Shown: in pieces, positions 37,533 through 46,331 of the stretch
Numbering within the stretch: the stretch's first letter is position 1
Layout: each line of letters starts with the position of its first letter
NCBI GenBank assembly: GCA_001873215.1
Contig: MNYS01000006.1
Span: forward strand, 56,839-120,838
Direction: 5' to 3'
From: Candidatus Levybacteria bacterium CG2_30_37_29
GTDB lineage: Bacteria > Patescibacteriota > Microgenomatia > Levybacterales > GWA1-39-11
DNA: 64,000 nucleotides
The notes under the pieces: generated by a model
The model's database searches: none
What the model saw: only the letters and a program-made list of their open reading frames with translations
Told to the model about the DNA's origin: nothing
Position numbers and translations under genes: made by a program

Positions 37533-38312
37533 ATGAAAAAAAATTATGTAGTAATTCTTGGCATCTTTATTTTAGCTTCTTTTACTTTAATTATCTTAAG
37601 TTCAATATCTTTTTCAGATTTTATTATTTTACCGATACAAAAGATTTTCTCAGTCCCCAAGTCTTTTGTTTATTCACTAAAAGTAAATAAAAAACAGCCT
37701 GCTAATGGTGAAATTGAAAAGTTACAAGCGGAAAATAAAAGGCTTTCGGAAAAACTTGTTGAATATTACAGTCTCAAAAAAGATAATGAGGCGTTAAGAA
37801 GTCAGTTTGAAACATATGGACCACAATCTCAAACTCTCCTTCCCGCAAAAGTTATCGGAGCGATTGGAAATTTTAGTCTTCCACATACTCTTATTATTGA
37901 TAAAGGTAAAAAAAACGGTGTTAGAACTGATATGGCTGTTGTTTCCGGAAAAAACTTAATCGGTAAAATCGGTATGGTAGGTGTTGGTTACTCGCAAGTT
38001 ATTTTAATGACCAATCAAAATTTTAAAACTCTTGGGAAAGGTGCCGACGGGGATACAAGAGGAGTTGTAATTGGTAAGGACGATTTCATCTTACTTGATA
38101 AAGTAACAACTACCCAAAACCTTTCAAAAGACGACATTATACTCACAAAAGGTGAAACAAATAATTCAGGTATTGGAATACAAAATGACTTAATTGTAGG
38201 AAAAATTATCTCAATAAATAAAATAGAATCGCAAGTTTTTCAGAGTGCAAAAATAGAAAGTTTGGTCAAATTTGACGAGCTTCAAACTGTCTTTGTGCAA
38301 ATAGGTTTTTAA
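37533..38312 (+). CDS. mreC: rod shape-determining protein MreC
   Basis: TM anchor, coiled coil (LQAENKRLSEKLVEY), then a beta-rich domain. Located upstream of mreD and PBP2. Confidence 0.7.
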   Translation: MKKNYVVILGIFILASFTLIILSSISFSDFIILPIQKIFSVPKSFVYSLKVNKKQPANGEIEKLQAENKRLSEKLVEYYSLKKDNEALRSQFETYGPQSQTLLPAKVIGAIGNFSLPHTLIIDKGKKNGVRTDMAVVSGKNLIGKIGMVGVGYSQVILMTNQNFKTLGKGADGDTRGVVIGKDDFILLDKVTTTQNLSKDDIILTKGETNNSGIGIQNDLIVGKIISINKIESQVFQSAKIESLVKFDELQTVFVQIGF

Positions 38313-38317
38313 TAAAT

Positions 38318-38722
38318 ATGTTTGTTAAGTATTTTTTCTTCTTCGCGCTTTTTATACTTGCTTTTTTTGAGTCAACGATATTTTCTTTCCCGATTTTTTT
38401 TACCTGCTCAATTTTACTTTTTATTTTGTATCCAACAAAAGATTTATATATCACGATTTTTTTCGGAGCGCTCTTTTTAGATGTATTAAAAGCACAATCC
38501 ATAGGAACAACGTCACTTTTTATTTTTCTAGCTTTTTTGCTTCTTACCTTTATAAATAGATTTTTAAACCTTAAAGAACCAAAAACCTTAGCATTTTTTA
38601 TTTTGGTATTTAGTATTTTATATTCTTCAATTTTTTCATACCCCTTTTCATTCATTTATTATTCGGTTTTTTTCTTAGCGCTATTTTTTGGAATGACGTA
38701 TTTTAAAAGACGAGTTTTATGA
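38318..38722 (+). CDS. mreD: rod shape-determining protein MreD (small polytopic membrane protein)
   Basis: 134 aa, about five TM helices. Positioned between mreC and mrdA. Confidence 0.5.
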   Translation: MFVKYFFFFALFILAFFESTIFSFPIFFTCSILLFILYPTKDLYITIFFGALFLDVLKAQSIGTTSLFIFLAFLLLTFINRFLNLKEPKTLAFFILVFSILYSSIFSYPFSFIYYSVFFLALFFGMTYFKRRVL

Positions 38723-40482
38723 AAAAGGTTGGTATTGCTTTCGGAGATTTTGTAACGGAAGAGAGAATGAATAGACGTCGTGGTGGGGGAAGTGGTGCAA
38801 TCGGTGAAATATTAGGAGTTTTCCCTCTTTTTGTGCTTGGGATTGCTTTTTCATTTCTTTTTGCGCGCCTTTTTTACATTCAAATTATAAGAGGTGATTA
38901 TTATAAAAAACTTTCAGATTCCAACCGTACCCTAACAAAAATACTTCCAGCTCCCCGTGGGATTATTTTTGATCATACTGGAAAAAAACTAGTTAGCAAT
39001 TCACCCGCATTTTTTATTCTTGACAAAGGTGTAGTAAAAAATCTTGATGAAAATGAGGCGCTTTCCAGGCTCTCACTTGGTGTGCCGGTTGAAAATGAAA
39101 TAAAAAGAGAATACTTATATAAAGATGCGGCGGCCCATGTTTTGGGTTATGTCGGGAAAGTTTCAAGTGAAGAAGTAAATCTTCCTGCATTTGAAGATTA
39201 CGAAACTACTGATGACGCTGGAAAAACGGGTCTTGAAAAAGAATATGAAACAGTGTTGCATGGGAAAAACGGACGCGAATTATTTGAAGTAGATTCAAAA
39301 GGAAAAATTGTAAAAAAGCTTGGACGGCAGGATCCGACGGACGGAAAAAATATTACCACAACCCTTGATCTTACCATTCAGCTTGCCGCTTATAATGCAA
39401 TGAAAAATGTCAAAAAAGGCGCTGTTGTTGTATCAGACCCGCGGGATGGAGGAATTCGCGCGCTTTTTTCAAAGCCTTCTTTTGACCCAAATATTTTTAT
39501 AAGGTCTAAAAATTATGAAGGTATTGGTGATTATAAAACGCGCGAATCTATTCTTTTGGACTCTGAAAATAATCCGCTTTTAAATCGTGCAATTGGTGGA
39601 GTGTATCCGCCGGGATCTACATTTAAGTTGGTTACGGCGATTGCGTCACTTGAAAAAGGCGCGATTAATCCTTCTACAAAAATTACCGACACTGGAATTC
39701 TTAAGGTTGGAGATTTTTCTTTTGGGAATTGGTACTTTTTGCAGTATGGAAAAACAGATGGGGAGATTGACATTGTAGGTGCTATAAAACGTTCAAATGA
39801 CATATTTTTCTATAAAGCCGCAGAAGGTGCGGGAGTTGATTTTATATCGTCGTGGGCAAAAAATTTGGGACTTGGTGAGCGGCTTGGAATAGATTTACAG
39901 GGTGAAGTTGCGGGTACTGTTCCGACACCCGAATGGAAAGAAAAAACACTCGGTGAACAATGGTATCTTGGGGATACATATAATTACGGAATAGGTCAAG
40001 GATATTTATTGACAACACCTCTTCAGGTAAATTTTTGGACGAGCGTTTTTGCAAACGACGGAACGCTTTACCGCCCGCATTTAATTGACGGTAAAAAAGA
40101 AACTATTAAAAAGAATTTTTTAAAAAAAGAATATGTGGATTTGGTCCGCGAGGGAATGCGGCAGTCGTGTGATGCGGGTGGGGTTGCATGGCCATTTTTT
40201 CAATTCAAAGTTGAAAATTCAAAGTTGAAAGTTGATGGAATAGATTATGTTGATGCGAGTTCCGGTAGCGCAAAAATGGTTCAAATTAAACTCGGATGTA
40301 AGACGGGAACTGCGGAAATTGGCGGAAAAGAAACAAAGCCTCATGCATGGATTACGGTTTTTGCGCCGTTTTATCATCCCGAAGTTGTTGTTACGGTGTT
40401 AGTTGAAAATGGAGGAGAAGGATCTTCATTCGCCGGCCCCATCGCAAAAGAAATCCTCACAAAATACTTCGAGGCAAAATAA
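38719..40482 (+). CDS. mrdA: penicillin-binding protein 2 (peptidoglycan D,D-transpeptidase)
   Basis: PGSTFK (SxxK), SxN, and KTGTAE motifs. Contains an in-frame repeat insertion FQFKVENSKLKV at 40201-40234. Confidence 0.85.
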   Translation: MKKVGIAFGDFVTEERMNRRRGGGSGAIGEILGVFPLFVLGIAFSFLFARLFYIQIIRGDYYKKLSDSNRTLTKILPAPRGIIFDHTGKKLVSNSPAFFILDKGVVKNLDENEALSRLSLGVPVENEIKREYLYKDAAAHVLGYVGKVSSEEVNLPAFEDYETTDDAGKTGLEKEYETVLHGKNGRELFEVDSKGKIVKKLGRQDPTDGKNITTTLDLTIQLAAYNAMKNVKKGAVVVSDPRDGGIRALFSKPSFDPNIFIRSKNYEGIGDYKTRESILLDSENNPLLNRAIGGVYPPGSTFKLVTAIASLEKGAINPSTKITDTGILKVGDFSFGNWYFLQYGKTDGEIDIVGAIKRSNDIFFYKAAEGAGVDFISSWAKNLGLGERLGIDLQGEVAGTVPTPEWKEKTLGEQWYLGDTYNYGIGQGYLLTTPLQVNFWTSVFANDGTLYRPHLIDGKKETIKKNFLKKEYVDLVREGMRQSCDAGGVAWPFFQFKVENSKLKVDGIDYVDASSGSAKMVQIKLGCKTGTAEIGGKETKPHAWITVFAPFYHPEVVVTVLVENGGEGSSFAGPIAKEILTKYFEAK

Positions 40483-40483
40483 A

Positions 40484-41680
40484 TTATTTAGTGAATTTGA
40501 AAGTGGAGAGGATTTTGTATTTTATATCTTTTAAAGAGTTTTCGTAAAAAACAATGTTATACGGAACGGAGTTTTTGTATGCAACAATATGAACTTCATT
40601 TTTTGCTCCTCCCACGATCATGTTATTACACAAATCTTTATCATTAAATACTGTATTTGAATATTTTGTAGCAGTGATACCGTCAATCATTGTTGTTTCT
40701 TCTTTCACAGAATAACATTTAGGATATTCGGAGGTTTGAAATTTTCCGGTTCCTTCCAGTGTATTGATAATAAGAAATTCTGGGGTTTCTTCACCGAGTG
40801 CGCATTCGCGTGACCCCTCTTTTCCTTCATAAAGATAAAAACCATAGGTTTTAGAGCAGTCAGTGAATTTATCGGTGGGATATTTCAAAGAGTAGCCATA
40901 TTTGCTATTTGTATACGTTTTCCAGTTTGACGTGTCGACTGTTTGATTCTGATCGGTGAATTTGAAGGTAGAGAGAATCTGTTCTTTTTCCTGCTCGTTA
41001 AAACTGAGCAAGACAATTTCGTATTTTATCCCTTTCTCTATGAAAGAATAAGTATAAGTTAATGGACCCATAGGATAAGGAGGTGCATGACTTCTCCAAT
41101 CAAGAGCTTTGTAGCTATTTACAGTAGTGCACGTGGCATTAGGATATCCTTCGGGCAACACAATACATGGATCAGTCTCGTCCGTAGTTTTCCATGATAT
41201 GAAAAAAGATTTTATATTATCTTCATTGCCCAATGATTGAGCAAACGATTCCCACCCAGACTGCAGATTTTTTGTCACATAATAATTTTGTGGAAGTATA
41301 AGTTGATAACCATAGCCTTCATGCAGTCCTTTTTCTAAAGTGGGAGTTGGAGTAGGAGTTGAAAAAGCAGGGCAGGGAGTGAATTCACATTTGGGTCCGC
41401 TTCTTCCCACACTTGTTCCGTCAGGACAAACTTTTGCTTCCATTGTGCAAGCTATTTGTTTTGGGACTTGTTGATTAAAGATATAAAATCCTGCAGCGCT
41501 TCCGGCAACTAGTAAAAATAAAATTATTCCGATTATTAGAATTGGAAGTTTTGCCGCCTTCGCTTTTGGCTCCAGCGAGCCAAGGGATTTTTCCGGGTTT
41601 GAAACGGGAGGAGTTTGAACAACTGGCGGAACGGGTGAGGTGGGGTTTTGGTTTTGTTCGGTCGGAATATTATTTTCCAC
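40484..41680 (-). CDS. paralogous Pro-rich membrane-anchored secreted protein (family member 1) with CTMEAKVCPDG module
   Basis: N-terminal PVPPVVQTPPV, TM LPILIIGIILFLLVAGSAAGFYIFNQQ, Cys module, C-terminal ILSTFKFTK. Confidence 0.6.
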   Translation of the reverse strand: MENNIPTEQNQNPTSPVPPVVQTPPVSNPEKSLGSLEPKAKAAKLPILIIGIILFLLVAGSAAGFYIFNQQVPKQIACTMEAKVCPDGTSVGRSGPKCEFTPCPAFSTPTPTPTLEKGLHEGYGYQLILPQNYYVTKNLQSGWESFAQSLGNEDNIKSFFISWKTTDETDPCIVLPEGYPNATCTTVNSYKALDWRSHAPPYPMGPLTYTYSFIEKGIKYEIVLLSFNEQEKEQILSTFKFTDQNQTVDTSNWKTYTNSKYGYSLKYPTDKFTDCSKTYGFYLYEGKEGSRECALGEETPEFLIINTLEGTGKFQTSEYPKCYSVKEETTMIDGITATKYSNTVFNDKDLCNNMIVGGAKNEVHIVAYKNSVPYNIVFYENSLKDIKYKILSTFKFTK

Positions 41681-41874
41681 CTATCCAGTGTTTCATTTTT
41701 GAGCTTTTGTGTCAACAGAAGGCATAATAAAACTGTCACAAGTTGACAAAGAGATTTTGTTCGTTTGTTCGAACAAACGAACGGCAAATGTTCTAATGTT
41801 TCGATACATTAGAACAAATAAAAATAAGTGATAGACAAAAGAGTTCGAAATTTCTTTTGAAAGTATGCGAGAGC

Positions 41875-43221
41875 CTATGGTTTAAAGGAAAAAGTTTTGG
41901 CAATTTTTAGCAAAAGTTCCTTATTTTGATTAATAAAATTTGTATCTATTCTTTTTTCTTGTGGATATTGAAGAACTAAATATCCCTCACTTTTTCTATT
42001 TGTTATTTGCCGAATACCGATAGCCGGTCCCGTAAAATGTCCAACACAATCCATGTCTTCCAGAAATGTTTGGTTTTCAAGCACATTAATACTGGTTGAA
42101 TTTTGAATATTACAGCTCATGTTATAGTTGTAAGGTTTTATTAGGGGTTGGTCTAAAATATCTCCGGTTAAATAAACCCCCTTTGTAACGGAAGGAATTC
42201 CACCTCCTTGCTCAAAATCACTGCTGCTTAAATTAATCATATGAAGATCATATTCATCCTTGTTCCAACCGGCAGGATATTTAAAGGAAAATTTTTGAGA
42301 ATCAAAAGTTTTCCAACTTGATGTATCAGTCGTTTGATTATTTGTGAATTTGAAGGTTTGTATCACTCGATCAAAATCCTTAACAGCATTATTAAATGCA
42401 GGAATATCCCAACTCGTTAGTTGAAATGTATAAACCTTACCATCAATAAGTAGTAAATACCATTTGTTTGCTATGCCCCCTTCTACGTATTTTGGTTCTG
42501 GCGAATATTTATCTATCCATGAGAGTTCTTTAATGCCACTCGGGAGTAAGGATGGAATTAATGGCAAGGAGTTAATTGGATTACCGTAATTATTATTCTC
42601 CTCTACATGTATTCCTTGGACATAATCCAAATTATTGATTGCGAATGTTTCAAGAGAAGACGTTTTCTCGGGTAGAGCTTGCGAGTAAAAATTAACCCTA
42701 GTAACACTATAAAGTACATTTTTACTTCCCAACCTTAATCTATACATTTCCAGTTGATAATTACTATTTGAACAACTTGTGCCTTCACTAAATTGAGCAT
42801 CGGGAAAGTTAGTTAGGTTAATCTGGTAGTTATTAATAGTATCCTTGAGAATTACCTCGTTACCATTTCGCTGGAAGAAGATTTTTTCTTCAAAATCATT
42901 ACGACAAGTTTTCTTCCAATCTACCGGTTTTGGTGTTAGTGTGGGTGTTTGTTTCTGCACAATTGGAGCGGGTGTGGGTTTTGCGGCTGTTTTTAAACTT
43001 TGCTGTTTGAAAACATAAAATCCTGCGGCGCTTCCTGCGATGAGTAAGAATAAAATTATCCCAATAATTAAAATTGGAAGTTTTGATTTAGGTCCGCCAA
43101 CTGGCGGATTGATTGGGTTTGGAACTGGAGGCGTTTGAACAGGGGGAGTTTGGGGTTGAGTTTGAGCAACCGGTGGAACGGGTGGGGTAGGATTTTGATT
43201 ATCTTGATTTTGATCTTCCAT
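41875..43221 (-). CDS. paralogous Pro-rich membrane-anchored secreted protein (family member 2)
   Basis: Same N-terminal architecture (PTPPVPPV..LPILIIGIILFLLIAGSAAGFYVFKQQ), internal TDTSSWKTF motif, C-terminal FSFKP. Confidence 0.6.
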   Translation of the reverse strand: MEDQNQDNQNPTPPVPPVAQTQPQTPPVQTPPVPNPINPPVGGPKSKLPILIIGIILFLLIAGSAAGFYVFKQQSLKTAAKPTPAPIVQKQTPTLTPKPVDWKKTCRNDFEEKIFFQRNGNEVILKDTINNYQINLTNFPDAQFSEGTSCSNSNYQLEMYRLRLGSKNVLYSVTRVNFYSQALPEKTSSLETFAINNLDYVQGIHVEENNNYGNPINSLPLIPSLLPSGIKELSWIDKYSPEPKYVEGGIANKWYLLLIDGKVYTFQLTSWDIPAFNNAVKDFDRVIQTFKFTNNQTTDTSSWKTFDSQKFSFKYPAGWNKDEYDLHMINLSSSDFEQGGGIPSVTKGVYLTGDILDQPLIKPYNYNMSCNIQNSTSINVLENQTFLEDMDCVGHFTGPAIGIRQITNRKSEGYLVLQYPQEKRIDTNFINQNKELLLKIAKTFSFKP

Positions 43222-43279
43222 AATATAAGTATAGAATAACTTTTGTTAATTGTACATTCACCCTAGTTGATTGCTTATG

Positions 43280-44344
43280 TCACGGCAGTTTTTTAGGAGG
43301 GGGATTATTTTCATTAAGACTTGCAATACTGACGGTTTTTCTCTTCCCGTTTGGACTGAAAACAGTAACTGAACCATTTTGGTTATATATTCCAACTGTC
43401 CAGTCCGAATCAATTTTTCCATCTGAACGCATAACATTTACCGTTGATCCGATAGGAATAGTTTTTTCATCTCGTGACGAATCGGCTCCAATTTTAACAA
43501 CAATAGCTGTTATGTCGTCGCGTTTTGACCTTGCGTAGTTATCTTTGCCCATTTGTGAAATAGTATGCGCATTTCCCGTAAGACGTTTTGCGGCATTTTC
43601 CGGCTCGGCATTGAAGCGCATAATCGATTCTATTTCTCGGTCTGTTAGATTATCATGCACACCATCCGTAGTCAAAATAACCCTATCTCCCGTGCGAAGA
43701 GTTATTGTATATATTTTTGGTACGACTCCATCTTCTGACCCTAAAGCAGCCGAAATTATATTTCTTTTAGAAAAATATTCAGCCGCTTCTTGCGAGTTAC
43801 GGGTTAATAAATTACTTAATCTTGACTGAATTTCTTTTGCTTCTTCGTGCAGCTTCCCCTGCGTAAAAGAGCTGTCGTCAATTGTTGTGCAATCAAGCTT
43901 TCCGTCACGAAATACATAAGCCCTGCTGTCCCCGACATTTCCAATAACCGCAGTATATGTTCTATCCTTATTGTCTATTATTTGCGCAACAGTTCCTGTT
44001 GTTCCCATTCCTTCAAATCCGGGTCTTTGCGCATTAAGGCGGATATTCTGGTGAGCGTGCATTAAAATTTCCGCTATGTTTTTCTTTGCCTCTGCGATTG
44101 ACGTAGGGTTTCTGAAAAGCAGTGTTTGTTTTACTGTTTCCATGCCAATTCTTGATGCTTGGGCTCCTCCGGCATTTCCTCCTATACCGTCAAAAACTCC
44201 TGCAATTCCGCGTTTGGGAATTCCGAAATATGAATCCTGATTTGGTTTGGTTTCATCTCTTGCAATCGTTTCAGCAGCCATTTTTATTGGCATTGGTGCT
44301 TCTTTTTGGGGACCAAGTTCATGATAATCGCTTCCGTCTGGCAT
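43280..44344 (-). CDS. PP2C-family Ser/Thr protein phosphatase with ~100-aa C-terminal extension
   Basis: VFDGIGGNAGG, GNVGDSRAYV, and LTTDGVHD motifs. Confidence 0.75.
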   Translation of the reverse strand: MPDGSDYHELGPQKEAPMPIKMAAETIARDETKPNQDSYFGIPKRGIAGVFDGIGGNAGGAQASRIGMETVKQTLLFRNPTSIAEAKKNIAEILMHAHQNIRLNAQRPGFEGMGTTGTVAQIIDNKDRTYTAVIGNVGDSRAYVFRDGKLDCTTIDDSSFTQGKLHEEAKEIQSRLSNLLTRNSQEAAEYFSKRNIISAALGSEDGVVPKIYTITLRTGDRVILTTDGVHDNLTDREIESIMRFNAEPENAAKRLTGNAHTISQMGKDNYARSKRDDITAIVVKIGADSSRDEKTIPIGSTVNVMRSDGKIDSDWTVGIYNQNGSVTVFSPNGKRKTVSIASLNENNPPPKKLP

Positions 44345-44365
44345 ATAACCAGTATAGCAAAATAA

Positions 44366-44971
44366 TTAATTAAATTTTGCAGTTGAGATTATTTCCTCCA
44401 AGAGTTGGGTGTTAGCGCGAATCAGATCAGGGCCGTCTGCAAAAATTGCAAAATTATAAATAAAATCTCCGTTTTGAAATATATTGTAGTAAAAATATAC
44501 ATCTGCCTTTTTGTCAATATTTGTAATTCTAAGGCCGTTAGCTTTAACGAGCAGTAATCTTTGTTTTTGAAGACCTTTTGTTTCGGATAGATTATTATTA
44601 ATAAACTCGGAAAGTTTTCCTTTAAATTTCCAACCATCGGCTTCAAAAATAACGTTATAGGAGTTTGAATTTGCGGTTACTGTAGATTTTTTTATTGTCT
44701 CGATAGTATTCTGGGTCTGTTGTGTGGAGCTTGAGGTTTGGACATGAAAATTACTAAGCAGTCCTTCCGGATATTTAAAAGAAAAATGATATTCGGAATT
44801 TTCATAGACTTTCCATCCCGTTGTTTTTTGAGTATTTTCTTTTGGAATTATTAACGGTTTTTGATTAATGATCGGTTGGATGAATAAAACCACACCTAAT
44901 AAAATAAAGATTATTGCCAATGGTTTCTTATATTTTTTCTGAGCGAGCAAAGAATCTTTTTTTGAAACCAT
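44366..44971 (-). CDS. paralogous membrane-anchored secreted protein (family member 3, short)
   Basis: TM anchor, TTGWKVYENSEYHFSFKYPEG motif shared with other members, C-terminal ISTAKFN. Confidence 0.55.
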   Translation of the reverse strand: MVSKKDSLLAQKKYKKPLAIIFILLGVVLFIQPIINQKPLIIPKENTQKTTGWKVYENSEYHFSFKYPEGLLSNFHVQTSSSTQQTQNTIETIKKSTVTANSNSYNVIFEADGWKFKGKLSEFINNNLSETKGLQKQRLLLVKANGLRITNIDKKADVYFYYNIFQNGDFIYNFAIFADGPDLIRANTQLLEEIISTAKFN

Positions 44972-44988
44972 AATATAAAATAGAGCGA

Positions 44989-45945
44989 TTAAAGAGGGAC
45001 TGCTTCGCCTTCCTTAGAACAAACTTTTTCAAGAGGTTGATTTGGGATAATTGGTCCCACAGTTATGCATGTTGATCCACTCGGACAATCCACATTGGAA
45101 GTGCAGGTTGTTTGGCTGTTTGAAATTGTAGGTGATGGAGTAGTAGTTTGAGAATCGGTGAATTTGAAGGTGGAGAGGATTTGGTCAACGTCTTTATATG
45201 TAGCATCATTTTTGTTTTCGTAGTAGGTACCGAGGACAATTACAAGATTATTATTTTTTAACACAAGCCTTCTATCATGTCTTGTTTTGCTTAAAACATC
45301 ACCGTTGCTTTCAAAAACCATATATGTTTTGTCTCCAATTTTTATATTTGGTAGCCTTGTAAGTATTGAGCTGCGAGTGTCAAATGTTTCGCCAATTTTT
45401 GTTTGAAGAAGTTTCTCAATATCAACTTTATTATAATCAGGTTGAGAGTCGGACAGATTATTTAAATCATACGTATTAACATAAAAAAGAGGCAAGCCAA
45501 AATAAGGGGTAACGACAAGGAGACTTTTTTCCGTGCCGTTTGTGGGTCCATCAAGCGCGCCATTCCCTGTTTTATAATTAGAAGGATAAGAAAAGCTGTA
45601 ATTATAAAGAGTATTTTCGTATGTTTTCCAGTTGGCAGTTGACTCAATTGTGGTCGTTGGGTTTGGTATTTGTTTTTGAACAACTGGGACAGGAGTTGGT
45701 TTCGCAAAAGTCTTTGAACTTTGTTGCTTGAAAATATAAAAACCTGCAATACTTCCTGCAATGAGTAAAAATAAAATTATTCCAATAATAACCAAGAGTA
45801 GTTTGGATTTTTTGGGAGGAGTGGGTTGAACCTGAATAGGGGTTGAGCTCGAAACTGGAGGAGTCGAGGGGATGCTCGGTTCTCTTACGGTCGCGGCAGG
45901 CTGTATTGGTTTTTCTTCCATTTCGCTTTTGCTCAATGCGAGCAC
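44989..45945 (-). CDS. paralogous Pro-rich membrane-anchored secreted protein (family member 4) with C-terminal Cys-rich tail
   Basis: PVSSSTPIQVQPTPPKKSKLLLVIIGIILFLLIAGSIAGFYIFKQQS, TANWKTYENTLYNYSFSYP, ILSTFKFTD, then a C-rich tail. Confidence 0.6.
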   Translation of the reverse strand: MLALSKSEMEEKPIQPAATVREPSIPSTPPVSSSTPIQVQPTPPKKSKLLLVIIGIILFLLIAGSIAGFYIFKQQSSKTFAKPTPVPVVQKQIPNPTTTIESTANWKTYENTLYNYSFSYPSNYKTGNGALDGPTNGTEKSLLVVTPYFGLPLFYVNTYDLNNLSDSQPDYNKVDIEKLLQTKIGETFDTRSSILTRLPNIKIGDKTYMVFESNGDVLSKTRHDRRLVLKNNNLVIVLGTYYENKNDATYKDVDQILSTFKFTDSQTTTPSPTISNSQTTCTSNVDCPSGSTCITVGPIIPNQPLEKVCSKEGEAVPL

Positions 45946-46075
45946 CTCATCAGTATTTCACCATTAAATCCATATGTCAATAAATTCAAGTTTATTCTTA
46001 ATTCTACTCTTGATAAATCTTATGCAAGTATTTATTATTGAATACGTAATTACATTGTAATTACGTAATAAAAAT

Positions 46076-46249
46076 ATGGAAAGGAAATTGGTAATAATAG
46101 GGAATTCACAAGGAATTGTACTTCCAAAAAATATACTAAAGCTTATGGGTTGGGAAGGAATGTATTATCTAGAAATAGACAAGGTTGGGAAAGAACTTAT
46201 TTTATCTCTTCCGAAAACCCAACGGAAATTTAAAAATAGTCAGATATAA
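46076..46249 (+). CDS. AbrB/MazE (SpoVT/AbrB-fold) family small DNA-binding protein, putative antitoxin (57 aa; below the ORF-track cutoff)
   Basis: Manual translation MERKLVIIGNSQGIVLPKNILKLMGWEGMYYLEIDKVGKELILSLPKTQRKFKNSQI. GNSQGIVLPK is the swapped-hairpin AbrB/MazE signature. Confidence 0.55.
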   Translation: MERKLVIIGNSQGIVLPKNILKLMGWEGMYYLEIDKVGKELILSLPKTQRKFKNSQI

Positions 46250-46331
46250 AAAAAACAGACTTTTATCACGGAAAACCGGCATTTCCCCCTTTTTTTATAA
46301 AAAAAATTTTGCTATAGTTTCAGTCTGAACT

